Positions 63,886 to 64,000 of a stretch of DNA of 64,000 bases are shown piece after piece. This DNA comes from Planctomycetota bacterium (GTDB taxonomy: Bacteria > Planctomycetota > UBA8108 > SXIK01): positions 96,001-160,000 of the forward strand of contig CBDCXR010000004.1 of the NCBI GenBank assembly GCA_965223845.1, written 5' to 3'. Within the stretch, counting starts at the first letter, position 1. Each line of letters begins with the position of its first letter. Both the position numbers and the translations under genes were made by a program. Below the pieces are notes generated by a model that was not told where the DNA came from, did not search any database, and saw only the letters and a program-made list of their open reading frames with translations.

Positions 63886-64000
63886 GCGATTTCCTGAGCG
63901 GCCTCTCGATAGGACTCGCTTTGAACATCGTTACTATATTCTTCACCCGCCGAGTGATTCGGCGGAGGGTCGAAAACTTGAAAGCTAGCACGATCGAGGC

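Larger units (their letters stand above)
61140..64000. mobile_element. Left edge of a putative tRNA-anchored genomic island or prophage remnant
   Basis: Begins at the tRNA-Arg 3' end; excisionase-like HTH gene, visibly lower GC, low coding density, short or degenerate ORFs; no integrase in the window. Confidence 0.6.

Overview
High-GC bacterial chromosomal segment, most likely from an uncultured Planctomycetota (inferred from the ECF sigma/Ser-Thr kinase pair, the planctomycete-type C-terminal dockerin-like domains and a Tat-exported Gfo/Idh/MocA protein). It holds about 48 genes and three tRNAs (Cys-GCA, Leu-TAA, Arg-TCT). The main observations are: (1) a complete imuA-imuB-dnaE2 mutagenesis cassette whose sigma70-like promoter is directly followed by a Gram-positive-type LexA box (CGAAC-N4-GTTCG); (2) three unrelated secreted proteins sharing one Cys-containing dockerin-like C-terminal module, one of them extremely acidic (D43, (GGD)n, (GGE)~25) with the acidic tract inserted inside a duplicated beta domain; (3) an aldehyde dehydrogenase plus myo-inositol oxygenase pair within a sugar/acid catabolic neighbourhood; (4) two stand-alone secretin N-terminal-like proteins; (5) a tandem dynamin-like GTPase pair; (6) a dispersed TTCACCACGAAG repeat forming an inverted pair around an (AC)9(TC)18 microsatellite; (7) the left edge of an apparently decaying island behind tRNA-Arg. 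No CRISPR array, rRNA, transposase or integrase was seen. All calls come from reading motifs by eye; no searches were run, and start codons are best guesses.
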